From NCBI RefSeq assembly GCF_018350175.1, contig NC_058382.1:53074001-53138000 (forward strand): a stretch of 64,000 bases of DNA, written 5' to 3'. This stretch comes from Felis catus (lineage: Eukaryota). Shown here piece by piece: positions 25,776 through 38,022 of the stretch. The notes beneath the pieces were generated by a model, which ran no database searches, was not told the origin of the DNA, and was given only the letters and a program-made list of their open reading frames with translations. Numbering within the stretch: the stretch's first letter is position 1; each line of letters begins with the position of its first letter. A program made the position numbers and the translations under genes.

Positions 25776-26029
25776 AAAATACACTTGCATTATGATATTT
25801 TTTTTTTCTTTTTACTAATCAAATTAACAGGTCTATCTTGTCATTGATTGACTCCGTGCAGGCCATAGTATGAGTTATAAAGACCTACTGCTCTCCTGTC
25901 GTACTCAAAGGGGGCAAAGGTCATCTATAAATGCAGCATGACAATCCAATTTTATGGTCCGACCCCCCTTTGTGACTGGCTCATTCCAAGCATAATTTGA
26001 TGCTATCACACGTTGACTTTTACTTTTTT

Positions 26030-26225
26030 TAAACAGTATTATACAGAATTGTTTTATTTCCCTGAAAATCCCCCTGTGCTTCACCTATGTGTCCATCCTG
26101 CTCCTCCCAAACTCCTGAATCGTATTCCTGTGTCTCTTGTTTTGCCTTTTCCAGGATGTCCTCTAATTGGAGTTACATGGTATTCGGTCCCTGGAGATAG
26201 CATTCTTGCACTTAGCAAACACATT
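26030..26225 (-). mobile_element. Old L1M 3' region fragment
   Basis: CCCTGAAAATCCCCTGTGCTTCACCT...GTTTTGCCTTTTCCAGGATGTC...TTCTTGCACTTAGCA. Confidence 0.65.
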
Positions 26226-27272
26226 CACTTTTTGAGAAGAAAGTACAGGAAGAGAAACTGAAGTTTCTAGAACTCCCCGCTCGTATCCACTCCCAAGCTG
26301 CCAGGAAAGGCCTTAGCTATTTTGTCTTTATGATTTTGTAAGCAATCCAGAAATGTCATAAAGCCCCGGGCCTCATAAACGGGGTGCACCCTTGAGCACA
26401 GCTAGAGAGAAGGTGGGGGCTGGGAGGGAGAGCCCTGGCCGTGGGCAAGGCTGGTGTCTTGGCTCAGCTAAGCTTGGGGGAAGCCATGAGAGGGGACACG
26501 GTGGGGAGCAGCCCCAGTGCGTCAAGACGGACACCAAGCTGTGATGGGGACGGTCTGTTAGTGATGAAAGGGACAGACCCTCGGGCAGAACTGGCGTCAG
26601 GCAATGAGCTCCTAGAAGGAGCTCCTAGAAGGAGCCAGTGCTGTCACACGGGCGGCACGAACGTGGACACCTGCCCGGCTTCTCCAAGCAGGGGCTGCCC
26701 TCCTGGGGGTAGAAATAAGGAGTGTGGGGCTGGGAGAGATAAGGACCTGAGCAAACAGCTGGGGAGAGTTAATCCCAGCCAAGCCTGCCTGACTCCACAG
26801 TTCCCCTCCCCTATGCCAAGCCACCTTTCTTATCTCACCAACCATCGTAAACCCTGGATGTGGAGGCCAACCCCCGGAGTGACGGACAAGGGTAAAAAAA
26901 AAAAAAACCATGTCAAGTTGTAAAACAAGAACAAAAACTAATCTCTGGGCTCACATGGGAAATTGCTTCAGATGTTTCAAGAAATAAAGTTGGGTCATTT
27001 GGGGAACGAAGAACCTCCGTTTCCCATTTACTCGATGCTTGACAAATTGATCCATAATGAGATTAAGCCCCTTAACAAATAAAGACCTAATGCAGGCCTG
27101 ATCCCACGTGGAAGATGAAAAATGTATCCGAATCTGTTGCCCGAGCTTAAAACCCAGATCTCGGAGCGTAAATGGCTGCTGCTCCCCCAGGCCTACCTGT
27201 CCCGGCAGAGAAGCTTCTAGCAAGGAAAGGGTGTCGTCGAATGAAGTGGCATCAGTTAAAATGCGAACGCTA

Positions 27273-27450
27273 GGGGCACCTGGGTGGCTCAGTCCTTTGG
27301 GCTTCTGACTTTGGCTCAGGTCACGATCTCACGGTTCGTGGGTTCGAGCCCCGCGGCGGGCCCTGCGCTGACAGCTCAGGGCCTGGAGCCTGCTTCCGAT
27401 TCTGCCTCCCTCTCTCTCTTTGAAAAATAAAATAATACATTAAAAAAATA
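27273..27450 (+). mobile_element. SINEC (outer element of a tandem/nested pair)
   Basis: GGGGCACCTGGGTGGCTCAG head; TSD AAAATG(C/T)GAACGCTA at 27258-27272 and 27690-27704 encloses both SINEs. Confidence 0.93.
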
Positions 27451-27451
27451 T

Positions 27452-27689
27452 GGGGCGCCTGGGTGGCGCAGTCGGTTAAGCGTCCGACTTCAGCCAGGTC
27501 ACGATCTCGCGGTCCGGGAGTTCGAGCCCCGCGTCGGGCTGCGGGCTGATGGCTCGGAGCCTGGAGCCTGTTTCCGATTCTGTGTCTCCCTCTCTCTCTC
27601 TGCCCCTCCCCCTTTCATGCTCTGTCTCTCTCTGTCCCAAAAATAAATAAACGTTGAAAAAAAAATTAAAAAAAAATAAATAAATAAAC
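27452..27689 (+). mobile_element. Young SINEC_Fc-type copy inserted in the A tail of the preceding SINEC
   Basis: Near-identical to the other young copies; lies inside the outer TSD. Confidence 0.96.
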
Positions 27690-28361
27690 AAAATGTGAAC
27701 GCTAGCTGACTGTACCTGGGACTTCAGAGTAGTTCTAGATGGACTGAAAACAGCACGCACCATCTCTTCCCTTGACGGGACTCAAGTCGGCACAGTTTGG
27801 GGAGTTATGATTAATTCTGACTCACGGTCAGTGAGGATTAGCTCCTCCTGCTCTTAGACCTAACTCCTCCTCCACCACATCCCTAGCCTGGTTGAGCGTG
27901 TCATTTTATGAAGCTGAGATTCATCTCTGTCTATTAGATTCATCAGTGGGTCAGCTAGCGCAGAGCAGGTGGTCCAAGACTATGGGTTATTGAACGGGTC
28001 GCGGTGGGAGTTACGAGCTCGGATAGTGAGGCCGAATACCGAGAGCACTAGTTCTGCCACTAGCTAGCTGGGTCTCCCCCAAGAGAGATCAGCGCGTACG
28101 TCCACCAAAAGAGGTGTACGAGGATTCTGACAGCAGCTTTATTCATAACCAAGAGGGGAAAACCACCCAAGTGCCCATCAAGAGGAGGACGGATCTACAA
28201 ATCGGGGCGGAGGGGTGCACTGGATTACTACAGAGCAACGGCAGAGAAAGAGAAAGTCTGCAACGGTGAGATAGAAGAATCCAGAAACTAGCAGCCAAGG
28301 GATACACGTTGTGTCATTCCATCCGGTAGGGCTGGAAGCGAGGGAGTCTAGACCGCAGTCA

Positions 28362-28375
28362 CCAGTAGGGGGCGC
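28362..28375 (+). promoter_or_regulatory. Candidate CTCF core motif
   Basis: CCAGTAGGGGGCGC matches CCASYAGRKGGCRS at every position. Confidence 0.5.
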
Positions 28376-28484
28376 TGACTGGGAAGGGGCAGGAAGGAGT
28401 TTGGGGGACTGGAAATGTTCTACAGCTCGATCAAGGAGGTGGCTATAGGACAGTAGACGGAGAGAGTAATGCACTGATCTCATG

Positions 28485-28654
28485 GAGGTAACCTGCTAGA
28501 CCCAGAGCAAGATGAAAATGAGGAGTCTCTTGACTAAAAAAAAAAAAAAAAAAAAAAGTATTTTAAGACCGCAGGGTTTTAAACCAAGCATGGCCCTTCC
28601 AAGCCCGGGGCCCCGGGCAAGTATGCGCATCCCATGTCCGTGACACGGGCCCTG
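28485..28654 (-). mobile_element. MER91A-like hAT MITE
   Basis: TTAAACCAAGCATGGCCCTTCCAAGCCCGGGGCCCC...GGGCCCTG. Confidence 0.6.
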
Positions 28655-29370
28655 GTTAAGATGCACTCAGGATGAGTATACTTTAGGCACTTTAATTACA
28701 CTTTGATAAAAAGCCACAAGCAAACATACAGAATCAGAGGAAAAGAAGTCTGGATTTTGGTAGAGCCCGGGGAAGGGGGGCATTTTAAAAAAGGATGCCG
28801 TCCCAATTCATTCCTTTATGTACTTCCTGTCCAACTCATCAGTGCTCACTTCCTGGTCTCATGGCCAGACAGCCTTCTGAAAGCTCATTAAACTGGTTTA
28901 TTGTAAAAAGAAAAGCTAAATCCAGCTGAGGAGCTAAATCAAGCTGAAACGTGCATTTGTAATTTTATATTTGTATTCAACTCAGGCTTCCGAAGGACGA
29001 GGGAAGGCAGGAAGGACCCTCTCGTGATGGGGCCGAAGGAAACGGCGGAGCCCTGGGAGGGGTGACATCCAAGTCTGGCCGGACTTTTCAGAGATGTCTG
29101 GAGTCGGCCACGGAAGGTGTCTCCGTGGAAGGGGAGCAGGAAGGGACCCAGAGGAAGAAGGGAAAGAATGATGTGTCCAAGGTAGAGAGAGAGAGGATCA
29201 GAGTGAGTTTCCACGATGGGCAAATCCAGGAGCCATCAATTCACTGCAGGGGCAGGGGGCTGATCGGGGTGGGAACAACAGCCCATAAGGTCAGGCCTGT
29301 GTCCGCTCCACTTCTGCTTAGTGATTTTCTTCCTGTTCTTGAGTTTTATTGTCCCTTTTCTTCTTAAGTA

Positions 29371-29573
29371 TTTGTTTGTTTTTAAGTTCATTCATTTATT
29401 TTGAGAAAGCAAGGGTGCAGGTGGGTCAGCGAGAGAGAGGGAGGGAGGGAGAGAATCCCAAGCAGGCTCCACGCTGTCAGCACAGTTCCCGATGTGGGGC
29501 TTGATCTCACGAACCGTGAGGTCATGATGTCCGAGAGTTGGACACTTAACCAACTGAGCCACCCAGCTGCCCC
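29371..29573 (-). mobile_element. SINEC (older subfamily)
   Basis: GAGAATCCCAAGCAGGCTCCACGCTGTCAGCACAG...ACTGAGCCACCCAGCTGCCCC. Confidence 0.93.
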
Positions 29574-29984
29574 GATCTTTCCCTTTTTGCTCAGACAGCG
29601 CAGGAGACAGGGTTTGGAGGCAGCCCACAGACATGGGATCTCGCAGGGAAGATCCAGAACTGAGACTCATGCCCTGAGCATGTTTAGAAATAGACACTTC
29701 CCATAGGCCAGACAGGTCCGGAACACCCTTCCAGGCACACAGAGTGGACAAAGTCACCCTCATTACAGAGGCATCATGGGATATAAGGGCAGAAGGTAGG
29801 GCCTTAGAGTTTCTGATTTCGGGTCACATTGCATACGCCTCCCCCATTAGCTACTTTCCTCCCCCAAGGTCATGAATAGCACAGCCTCAGGTATGGTATT
29901 TAGGTCCGTAAGCTCAGCTGTCTCAGCCCGAAATGACAATCCTAATAGTGAAAGCCATACTGTCACGAAGTATCATTGAATAAA

Positions 29985-30190
29985 TACATTATACACCTGA
30001 CCTCGTTCAGGCTTCACAATCAACCCACAAGGGTAACTGATAGTAGCATCTTCATCTTGCAAAAAGTGAATGGAGGCACAGGAAGGTTAAGCAACTTGCC
30101 CAAGGTCACACAGCTAGCACAGAGCTTAGCCCAGGTTTCCACTCCGGGAATCTGATGGCAGCATCCGTGTTCCTAACCAGTTCACTATCC
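29985..30190 (-). mobile_element. MIR SINE
   Basis: GAGGCACAGGAAGGTTAAGCAACTTGCCCAAGGTCACACAGCTAG. Confidence 0.88.
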
Positions 30191-32429
30191 TCTTTATGGA
30201 TATTACAAGGAAGACAGGGGAGATTCTAAATAAAATTGCCCACGGTGTGGTGGATACTCAACAAATTCAACCCCACCCTATTTGCTTCTGTATCTCTGCA
30301 GCTCAACGGGGCTACGAGCTCATTTTTCCAGTCTAGCTCAGTATGTAAGGAAGCGGGGACACCCAGAAAGGTCAAGGAAGTAGCCCAAGGTCACACAGCA
30401 CGAATAAAGGGAAGCTGAGAACATAATCAAACATTTCATATTTTACTTTAGGGAGCGTCACGACTTTCTACTCAGACCTGTGAGTCACTTATTTCTTGTT
30501 CCCCCCCCTTTTTTTTGTAATTTGGTGAGGATTTTTTCTCTTTTTCGAGGGAGGAGGGAAGGACCACTGTTACACATTAATGAACGCAGACATAATCTTG
30601 GTTTGGATTTATTTATGTCTTCCATAAATCATATTTATTGAGTGCCTGGGGTGTACAGGCATTGTGAGAGGTCCCACACATTAAAGCAAGGAAAAAATAA
30701 ACGTTACAGACACTTGGTGTAGACTGCAGACTACTTAAATATCCAAAGGCATCAAATAAATCATCAGACTGTTTAGAAATAGGTTCTGGCATGCTCCCTG
30801 CAAACCTTCATACAAAACCCTGCGATTGTGCAACATGGACCGAGGGCTGGGAAAATTTCTTAACACGAGTGAGTGGGTCAGAGGTCCCCGGAGTCTGCCA
30901 CGTTTTGGACTTTGGGGATATTGTGGCCTTCTCAAGCTCCCTTCTCCAAGCGCCATCCTTCTTCAAACCAGCAATAAAACGAAACGGAACCGTAAAACGT
31001 TGAGAGCGTCCCATGTGAAATGAAGCTGGCCCAACCCAGAAACAGCCTCCCCGCCATCTTCAAAGGTGTCGAGAGCTTGACCTTTAGAAGGGAAGGCTGG
31101 TGAGCGACAGGGGCACGCACACACACGCGTGCACACACTCACATACACGCAAACACGCACATCACTCCCTGCCCCCTTCTCGGCACAGAGGGGAGGGTCA
31201 TAGATGATCCTCTGCGTGGCCTCGCTATAAGCTACGGAGTCCTTCTCTGCATATTAGTCCCTGCTTAAAGTATGCCGAAACCCACACTGTCGGTTGCAGC
31301 CACTTGGGATTGCTGCTTTTCCTGAATTTCAAAGTCCAGGGGATATAAAACGACTTACTCCTTGTGCACATCTCGGACCTCAGGGGTGAGATTCATTCTT
31401 TTAGGCGATGAGGATCGAACGGGCAGCGACGTTGCATCAGGCACCGTGCTAGGCATCGGGGAAATGAAAATAAACGGGCGGGACATGAATCCGTCCTCCA
31501 GGAGCCCCCGGTCTAATGGTGGAAACTCACATGTGAGTCGGCGACTATGATCCAGTGTTAGGGTCTTTGTTCGGGTCTGCACTGTTCTTTGGTATCGCAG
31601 AGTGGAGACTCCTGGGGGACTCCCGGCAGAAGTTTAAAGATGGGATTGCTCTTTAACTCGGGGAAGACAGACCAAGCAAGAACATCCCGGAAAGAAGAAT
31701 AAGCAGAAATGGAAGCAGAAGTCAGCCAGACAGGGGGGAAGACGTTTGTGTGTGAAAGACCTTTAAGTTGGCCGAGAGACTGCCAAGAAGCCTGAGTGAA
31801 GGCCAGGGGGGTGCTGAGGGGCCAGATCACAGCCTCACAGATGCCTGAACTGGCTAAGCCATGAGGGATGAACGCTCTCCTGAAAGCTAGCGGGAGGTAT
31901 CGGGATTAGTATATAAGGGAGTGACCATATCAGCCTTGCCTTTTAGAAACATCTCTTTTCTATCATTTTCCTTTGCAAGCTCCCCCCGCTTTTGAGAGCA
32001 AAAACGCACGCTCCAGCAACTATCGAGCATGCTTTAGACCAATCTCCTCTAAGTTAAAGAGTATTCAGTGGGGATAATTTTCCAGCCCGGAAGAACAATC
32101 TTGTAGAAAACACACAAAGTTACAGAAGCACGGAGTTTGTGCTTCGGAAATTACCGAGGGTTAGAAAGAAAGAAGGAAGGAGGGAGAGAAAGAAGGGAGA
32201 GAGGGAGGCGGGAGAGAGAGAGAGATGGGCAGAGAGGGAAGATAGCGGACCGGTCTGTAACCTGGACGGATGCACAACTCGACTTAGCTCCTTGCCAATT
32301 GCAAAAACCTGGGACAGTTGCTTAACTCATGTAAGCCGCGGTTTCCTTCAAGGAAAACCCTAGCAATTTCTCATAGGGTTGGTATAGACTGGATATCACC
32401 CATGGCAGAGTAGGTAATTATTATCGAGG

Positions 32430-33045
32430 CCTATAGTCTCCCTTCCACAGTATGGAGCCATCACAGGGGAGGAACACATTCTCCAGGCCTCTCTTCTGGC
32501 CAGGTAGAGCCACGTGGCTAGCGTCACTGAAGGAGTGTGAATGGGAGCGTATCACATCTGGGCCAAGGTTTTTAAAAATCGAATGTACCGGGGTATCTAG
32601 GTGGCTCAGTTGGTTAAGCGTCTGACTTCGGCTCAGGTCATGATTTCTTGGCTCATGAGTTTGAGCCCCACGCCGGGATCTGTGCTCACAGCTCGGAACC
32701 CGGAGCCCGCTTCCCCCTCTCTCTCTGTTCCTCCCCTGCTCACAATTTGTCTCTCTCTCTCTCTCGAAAACAAATCAAGATTAAAAAATTTAAGAAAAAT
32801 GGAATGTATGTTCTCCATGTCCCTCTTTCCCCTTCCGCCGGCCGGGAGCAGATGAGATTGAGGCTCTAGGGAATAATGGAACCACAAGAAAAGAGGAGCC
32901 TGAGTCCCCAAATCACTGCGTGGAAGACAGCCACCCTCAGCTGGGAACTCTGATCGGATTATCACAGGAGTGAGAAATCTTGCCTTACGCCACTCACAGT
33001 GTGAGGCTTATTTGTTACAGCAGCTAACGCAACCCTAAGCAAACA
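32430..33045 (+). mobile_element. MaLR LTR (MLT1H/I/J-like) interrupted by a SINEC
   Basis: AGGAGCCTGAGTCCCCAAATCACTGCGTGGAAGACAGCC...TATTTGTTACAGCAGCTA. Confidence 0.7.
32590..32794 (+). mobile_element. SINEC
   Basis: GTGGCTCAGTTGGTTAAGCGTCTGACTTCGGCTCAGG; TSD AAAAAT(C/G)GAATGTA. Confidence 0.94.
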
Positions 33046-33759
33046 CGGTATATGGTTCCATCGGGCACGCGCCACAAGCCCCACGTGTTTACTAAGCACC
33101 CTAGGAAGGGATCCGCGGTGTATCGCTTTCGGCAACTTCCTCCTAAGAAAGAGAAACGCTGTGGTTTCGAGACGACTGCTTCTCACCAATGTCTTTGGAA
33201 AAACCTTCTAATCAAGCAGCCCCTCGAACGAGATGATCCCTTTGGAGGAAAACGAAGCCCAGGCAGGGTTTCCTCCTTCCCCTTCCCCGTGAAAAGCATC
33301 CTGCCAACTTCTAACTGCCATTATTTAGTGAGTTCCTCAATTTAAAAAGTTACCATCTACTCGCCATCCTGGCGAAGCTGTCAGTTGCTGAGAAATGGAA
33401 CCCGGCCAACTGATTAGTTTTGATGGACTGCGGTGTGGAACCCCAGTCTCTGTCACTAAAGTGCCTGTTCATCCAATTAACCAAATTACTGCAGGAACTC
33501 TAGCCAAGTGCAACACTTAGCGGACGGCTGCTCGGGAGGTCAGGGATGGGGGAGGAGGGAGTCTGATCAAATGCCTGCTCCTCCTTCCCTGTCCCCGGGC
33601 CAAAAGGAGTGCCAAGCGGAGGGCAGAGAACAGACCCACCCTATTCCTTTGCTGCCCAGCCTGAAAACTCCAGTGTGACTCTGGAAGGACGTCTCAGGGC
33701 TTCACCATCACCACCGTCACCATTGTCGTCAGTAGTGTTAGTTTTTACAACTTCTACTT

Positions 33760-34200
33760 TTTTTTTTTGAAATGTTTTTTTTTTTTAATTTTTTTTTTCA
33801 ACGTTTATTTATTTTTGGGACAGAGAGAGACAGAGCATGAATGGGGGAGGGGCAGAGAGAGAGGGAGACACAGAATGGGAAACAGGCTCCAGGCTCCGAG
33901 CCATCAGCCCAGAGCCCGACGCGGGGCTCGAACTCACGGACCGCGAGATCGTGACCTGGCTGAAGTCGGACGCTTAACCGACTGCGCCACCCAGGCGCCC
34001 CTGAAACGTTTGTTTTTGAGACAGAGAAGAGAGCGTAAGCAGGGGAGAGGCAGAAAGAGAGGGAGACAGAGAATCCCAAGCAGGCTTCTCGCCGTCAGCA
34101 GAGAGCCCAGGGTGAGGCTTGAACTCACGAGTCGTGAGATCACGATCTGAGCCAAAACCGAGAGTCGGACGCTCAACCAACTGAGCCACCCGGGTGCCCC
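33760..34200 (-). mobile_element. Older SINEC (body 34002-34200) whose tail is split by a younger SINE
   Basis: Ends ACTGAGCCACCCGGGTGCCCC; outer TSD AACTTC(T/G)ACTT at 33749-33759 and 34202-34212. Confidence 0.9.
33778..34001 (-). mobile_element. Young SINEC_Fc-type copy nested in the older SINEC tail
   Basis: Reverse complement of the young consensus; TSD TGAAA(T/C)GTTT at 33768-33777 and 34002-34011. Confidence 0.96.
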
Positions 34201-34320
34201 TAACTTCGACTTCTTCTGTGCCAGGCACTGAGCTCGGACTTGAGAAGCCAGCCGAGAACAAAGACGTCAAGGCCACGCCCTTCTGGAATGTGCTCAAACT
34301 GGGAGAGACAGACAGCCATC

Positions 34321-34532
34321 AGCCACGTTTCTCAAGCTTGGTACTGTTGACTCGTGGAACCAGATCTTTGTTGCGGTGGTGGGGTCGGTGGGGGGGGGGG
34401 GGAGGGGGGGAGGGTGTCCTGGGCCCTGTGGGATGATGAGTTGTACCAACCAAGACTGTCTGAAGACCTTACCAACTGTCCCCTGGGGGCAAAGTTGCCT
34501 CCTTGGCCTCAGTCTCCCACTGAGAACCACTG
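34321..34532 (-). mobile_element. MER20 hAT MITE within an L2 remnant
   Basis: TTTCTCAAGCTTGGTACTGTTGAC...TGTCCCCTGGGGGCAAAG...TGAGAACCACTG. Confidence 0.75.
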
Positions 34533-35029
34533 CTCAAGAGCGAGATGAATAAAAGGGTTTGGACTGACTTGGGGTCGCGGCTGAGAGGGACAGAGACTGC
34601 ACAGTGAGAGGAAGCAGAGAGGAGGTCGGGGCAGCGTCCCTGGGGGAGGTAACGTTTAAGCTGGGACTCACGGTGAGGAAGAACAAGAGCTGGAGAAGAG
34701 GGGGCGAAGGGACCAAGGCCTGCAGCCTGGATGAGAAGAGAAAACGCAGGTGTGGACAGAAGCACGTGTGGAACGCAGGATCGGGGAGGAGAACAAGGCA
34801 GGGCCAGATCCTGGCTCCGGTCACCAAGGTGGGGAGCAGGGATTTTGTTTTAAGCACAGCTGAGAGAGGCAGTATAGTGTGGTCAGGCGCCGGAGCCAGA
34901 CCGCCGCCCATGCCTCAGTTTCCCCGCCTGTGTAGCGCAGACACAGGAGAGCAGCTGCCTGGCCAAGCCGAGGCGGCCTGGGAAGCGTGCGGCCTGGGGC
35001 CCGGCACCGGGGAGGCCTCCCGAGGCTGT

Positions 35030-35195
35030 CCGCTGGGGCGCTGGGGCTGGCAGGAACCAGCTCGCAGCGCAGGCGCGCATCTGTTCGCAGCTGACGTCAC
35101 TCTGGAGGCTGGAAATTGGCCAGGCTGGGAGTATCTGCACCAGGGACACTGGCGAGGGCTGCCTAGTGACTGGCTTGTGTTATTAGGTTGGCTGT
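35030..35195 (+). mobile_element. MER63A-like hAT (Blackjack) MITE
   Basis: CTGACGTCACTCTGGAGGCTGGAAATTGGCCAGGCTGGGAGTATCTGCACCAGGGACACTGGC. Confidence 0.65.
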
Positions 35196-35974
35196 TGAGG
35201 GGCTTCGAACATATGAGTGGCACGATTCGGTCTGTGTTTTTAACGTGAAACTTCGACTATTGCGTGGAGGCCACATGGGACACTGAGGGCAGGGCTGGGG
35301 GCAGGGAGGCCAGAGGAGAGGCCAGACCAGTGACACGGCCAGGAGCTGGTCACATGGGCCAAGCGGTGACAGCGGAGCTTGGGAAGAGACAAGGGCAGAG
35401 CTGAGACCTATGCTGGGGACAGACTTGCCCGCGGGTTGGATGCCATGGAATCAACAGAGAAGGGTGATGTTTCTAGACCTGGGAGCCACACGGCAGGTGA
35501 CGTGTTTGTAACTTCCATTAGCGGCATCAACAACACGGCATTTGTGGTTGCCTTTTAGGAAGCATCTGCGTGTAGGGCGTGGACGGCTTCCATATATTTT
35601 TCTGATCTTCTCCAGAAAGCCACGGGATAATGAGAATTAGAGGTGGCCACATGCCGTGGGCAGGACACCAAGGCTCAGGCAGTGAAGGGACTTGCCCCAG
35701 CCTCCCAGGGAGCAGGAAGCACAAGGTGTACTGTCTACAGTATTTCACCAGGATGAAGGCCAGGGGAGGCTGCCGCATGGGGAAGTTAGGAAGGGCTTAC
35801 AGCTTGGTCTTGTCTCCCTCACTTCCAAGCGCTTCTCCCCAACTTTCTGAGACGGTTTTCCCTCGTCAGATTGCGTAAAGATTCAAAAAGGTGGCTCTGA
35901 AGTTCCCGGGCATCATCGCCACCGTCATCACCACGATGGCCACGTTACTGACAGGAGTACGTACAAATATGCTA

Positions 35975-36165
35975 ACACACGCTGTGGAACTGTTAACGAT
36001 GCAGCGGGTGCTGTGCTAAAAGTCTCACCTTCCTGGCTTCCTAGAACTCTGTGAGAAGGCCACATTACTACCCCTAAATGTAGACGGAGAAACTGAGGCT
36101 CAGAGAGGCTGCTCACGTAACACGGCCAGGAAATGGCACAGCCAGAATGCAAATCCATTAAGAGC
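35975..36165 (-). mobile_element. MIR SINE
   Basis: GTAGACGGAGAAACTGAGGCTCAGAGAGG. Confidence 0.8.
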
Positions 36166-36579
36166 TCACGGGGTTCTGGGTCTCTGAAACACTTCTTCCT
36201 AGAATTAAATCGCTCTGTACACGATTGGTTACTTCAAAAGCTAAGATATGCAAATGTCCCTGTGTTTTTGTTGCGTTTTGTTTTTGGTTTTTTTTGGGTT
36301 TTTTTTGTTTTTTTTGTTTTTTTTTTTTTGGTCAACGTTGGTAATGGAAGGTGCTTCCAGAAATTCCGTGGGCACCCTGCCTCGTTACCATGCCAGTGTG
36401 AATCAATCAATCACCTCAGCCAGGTGAAAAGTGGGCTGGAGACAAAAATTCAAGCTTTGTCAGAGCAAGTGGATGTGGTGCAGGAACTGAGAGGGGCTCA
36501 GGTCCCTCTGGGTGACCACGGAGCACCTCTCAAGGAACAGTGTCCCGGTCCCGCGAAGCTTAAGATTAGGACAGATTCT

Positions 36580-36759
36580 GGGGCGCCCGGGTGGCTCAGT
36601 CGGTTAAACGTCTGGCTTCGGCTCAGGTCATGATCTCACGGTTCGTGAGTTCGAGCCCCGCGTCGGACTCTGTGCTGACAGCGCGGAGCCTGGAGCCTGC
36701 TTCAGATTCTGTGTCTCCCTCTCTCTCTGCCCCTCCCCTGCTCATACTCTGCCTCTCTC

Positions 36760-36786
<27 letters not shown>
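36580..36786 (+). mobile_element. SINEC with pure poly(A) tail
   Basis: TSD AGGACAGATTCT(G) at 36568-36580 and 36787-36799. Confidence 0.96.
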
Positions 36787-36790
<4 letters not shown>

Positions 36791-37802
36791 CAGATTCTGC
36801 CTGGGAATCTGGGATCTGATCAGCCAGAAAAACACACACACACACATCCTATGTTTGGGTTCCAGCTCGTCTTGGTTTTTTGCCGCAAGTGGTTCACAGC
36901 ACAGGGCAGACGACCTTAGGGACTCGGTATGTCAGCGTCGGACGCCAGCATCTCGGTTGGATGCTGTCTGTCAAGGGATGTAACAAGCGCCTCTGGAATC
37001 GGGCAACTGTATCACCCTGCTGAAACCCACATGTGTGTAGATAACCCTGAAGATGTTCCACGGGGTCGTCAGAAAAGTACATACATCACCGCACCAACCA
37101 TAATCGCAAACGGAAACATTCTTACTCTTTTTTCTGTTTCTTTTTTTTTTTTTTTTTTCATTTTGCTTGGAAACAGACTGCCTCGTCGGTTTGTTCTGTG
37201 CCAGCTGCTTCGACACTTTCCTTTAGACACGCACGTAAAGTGATTGTCGTGAATGCAAATTTTGTGGCCGGGGCCATTTGCATTAGCAAACTCTGGACTT
37301 TTCAATCAGTAATCTTTAAAATGTCATCTGGATTCGCTCTCTCTTTGGATTATTTATTAGACTTCTCCCTGCTTGCACGCTGGACGACAGATTCACCCAC
37401 CTCTGGCAATAGGTCTGAACGTTTCCAAATGGCTTATTGACCAGGGGTTCCTACCCCACGTGGCCCAGCACAGTTTTTTTGTTTTTTGGGTTTTTTTCTT
37501 CCTTAATAGGTCAGGGCAGTCCTCAGGGTGTGGTTCTGATGTTGAAAACAAAACCGTACTTGCTTGGTGAAATCGATCTGATGCTCGCATTTATAGGTCT
37601 CCTGAAAACTTTAAAATACTCCTATGTGCTTACGAGACCCTGGTCCGTGGCCCTTTCTTCACTACAGAGGGATCCGCATTCCACAGAAACACCGTGCCCA
37701 TGACCTCAAGGATGCTTCTGAGGGCTGACCTGAGGAACTTCCCCACACACTTGAAAGAAAGAAGCTTACGTTTGCTGAGTATCTCCCAAGCACTCCAATT
37801 CT

Positions 37803-38022
37803 TGTTTTTTTCTTTTTCTTTCTTGTGTTTGTTTCTTTTGAGGGACACAGAGCGTGAGTGGGAGAGGGACAGAAGGAGAGGGACAGACAGAGAATCACAA
37901 GCAGGCTCCAGGCTGCCAGCGCAGAGCCCAACACGGGGCTCAGACCCATGAAACTGTGAGATCGTGACCTGAGCCGAAACCAAGAGCTGGGCGCGACACT
38001 GACTGAGCCACCCAGGTGCCCC
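37803..38022 (-). mobile_element. SINEC (older subfamily)
   Basis: GAGATCGTGACCTGAGCCGAAACCAAGAG...GACTGAGCCACCCAGGTGCCCC. Confidence 0.93.

Larger units (their letters stand above)
28075..28712 (+). mobile_element. Old L1M 3' fragment, interrupted by a MER91-like element
   Basis: GTCCACCAAAAG...CAGCAGCTTTATTCATAA...AACCACCCAAGTGCCCATCAA...GGGGACTGGAAATGTTCTA; resumes after about 28655. Confidence 0.75.

Noticed and set aside
26606..26635. 13-bp tandem duplication GAGCTCCTAGAAG
   Set aside because: Ordinary slippage duplication with no evident functional motif.
34604..35248. Longest ORF (214 aa)
   Set aside because: Runs through L2, MIR and MER63 remnants.
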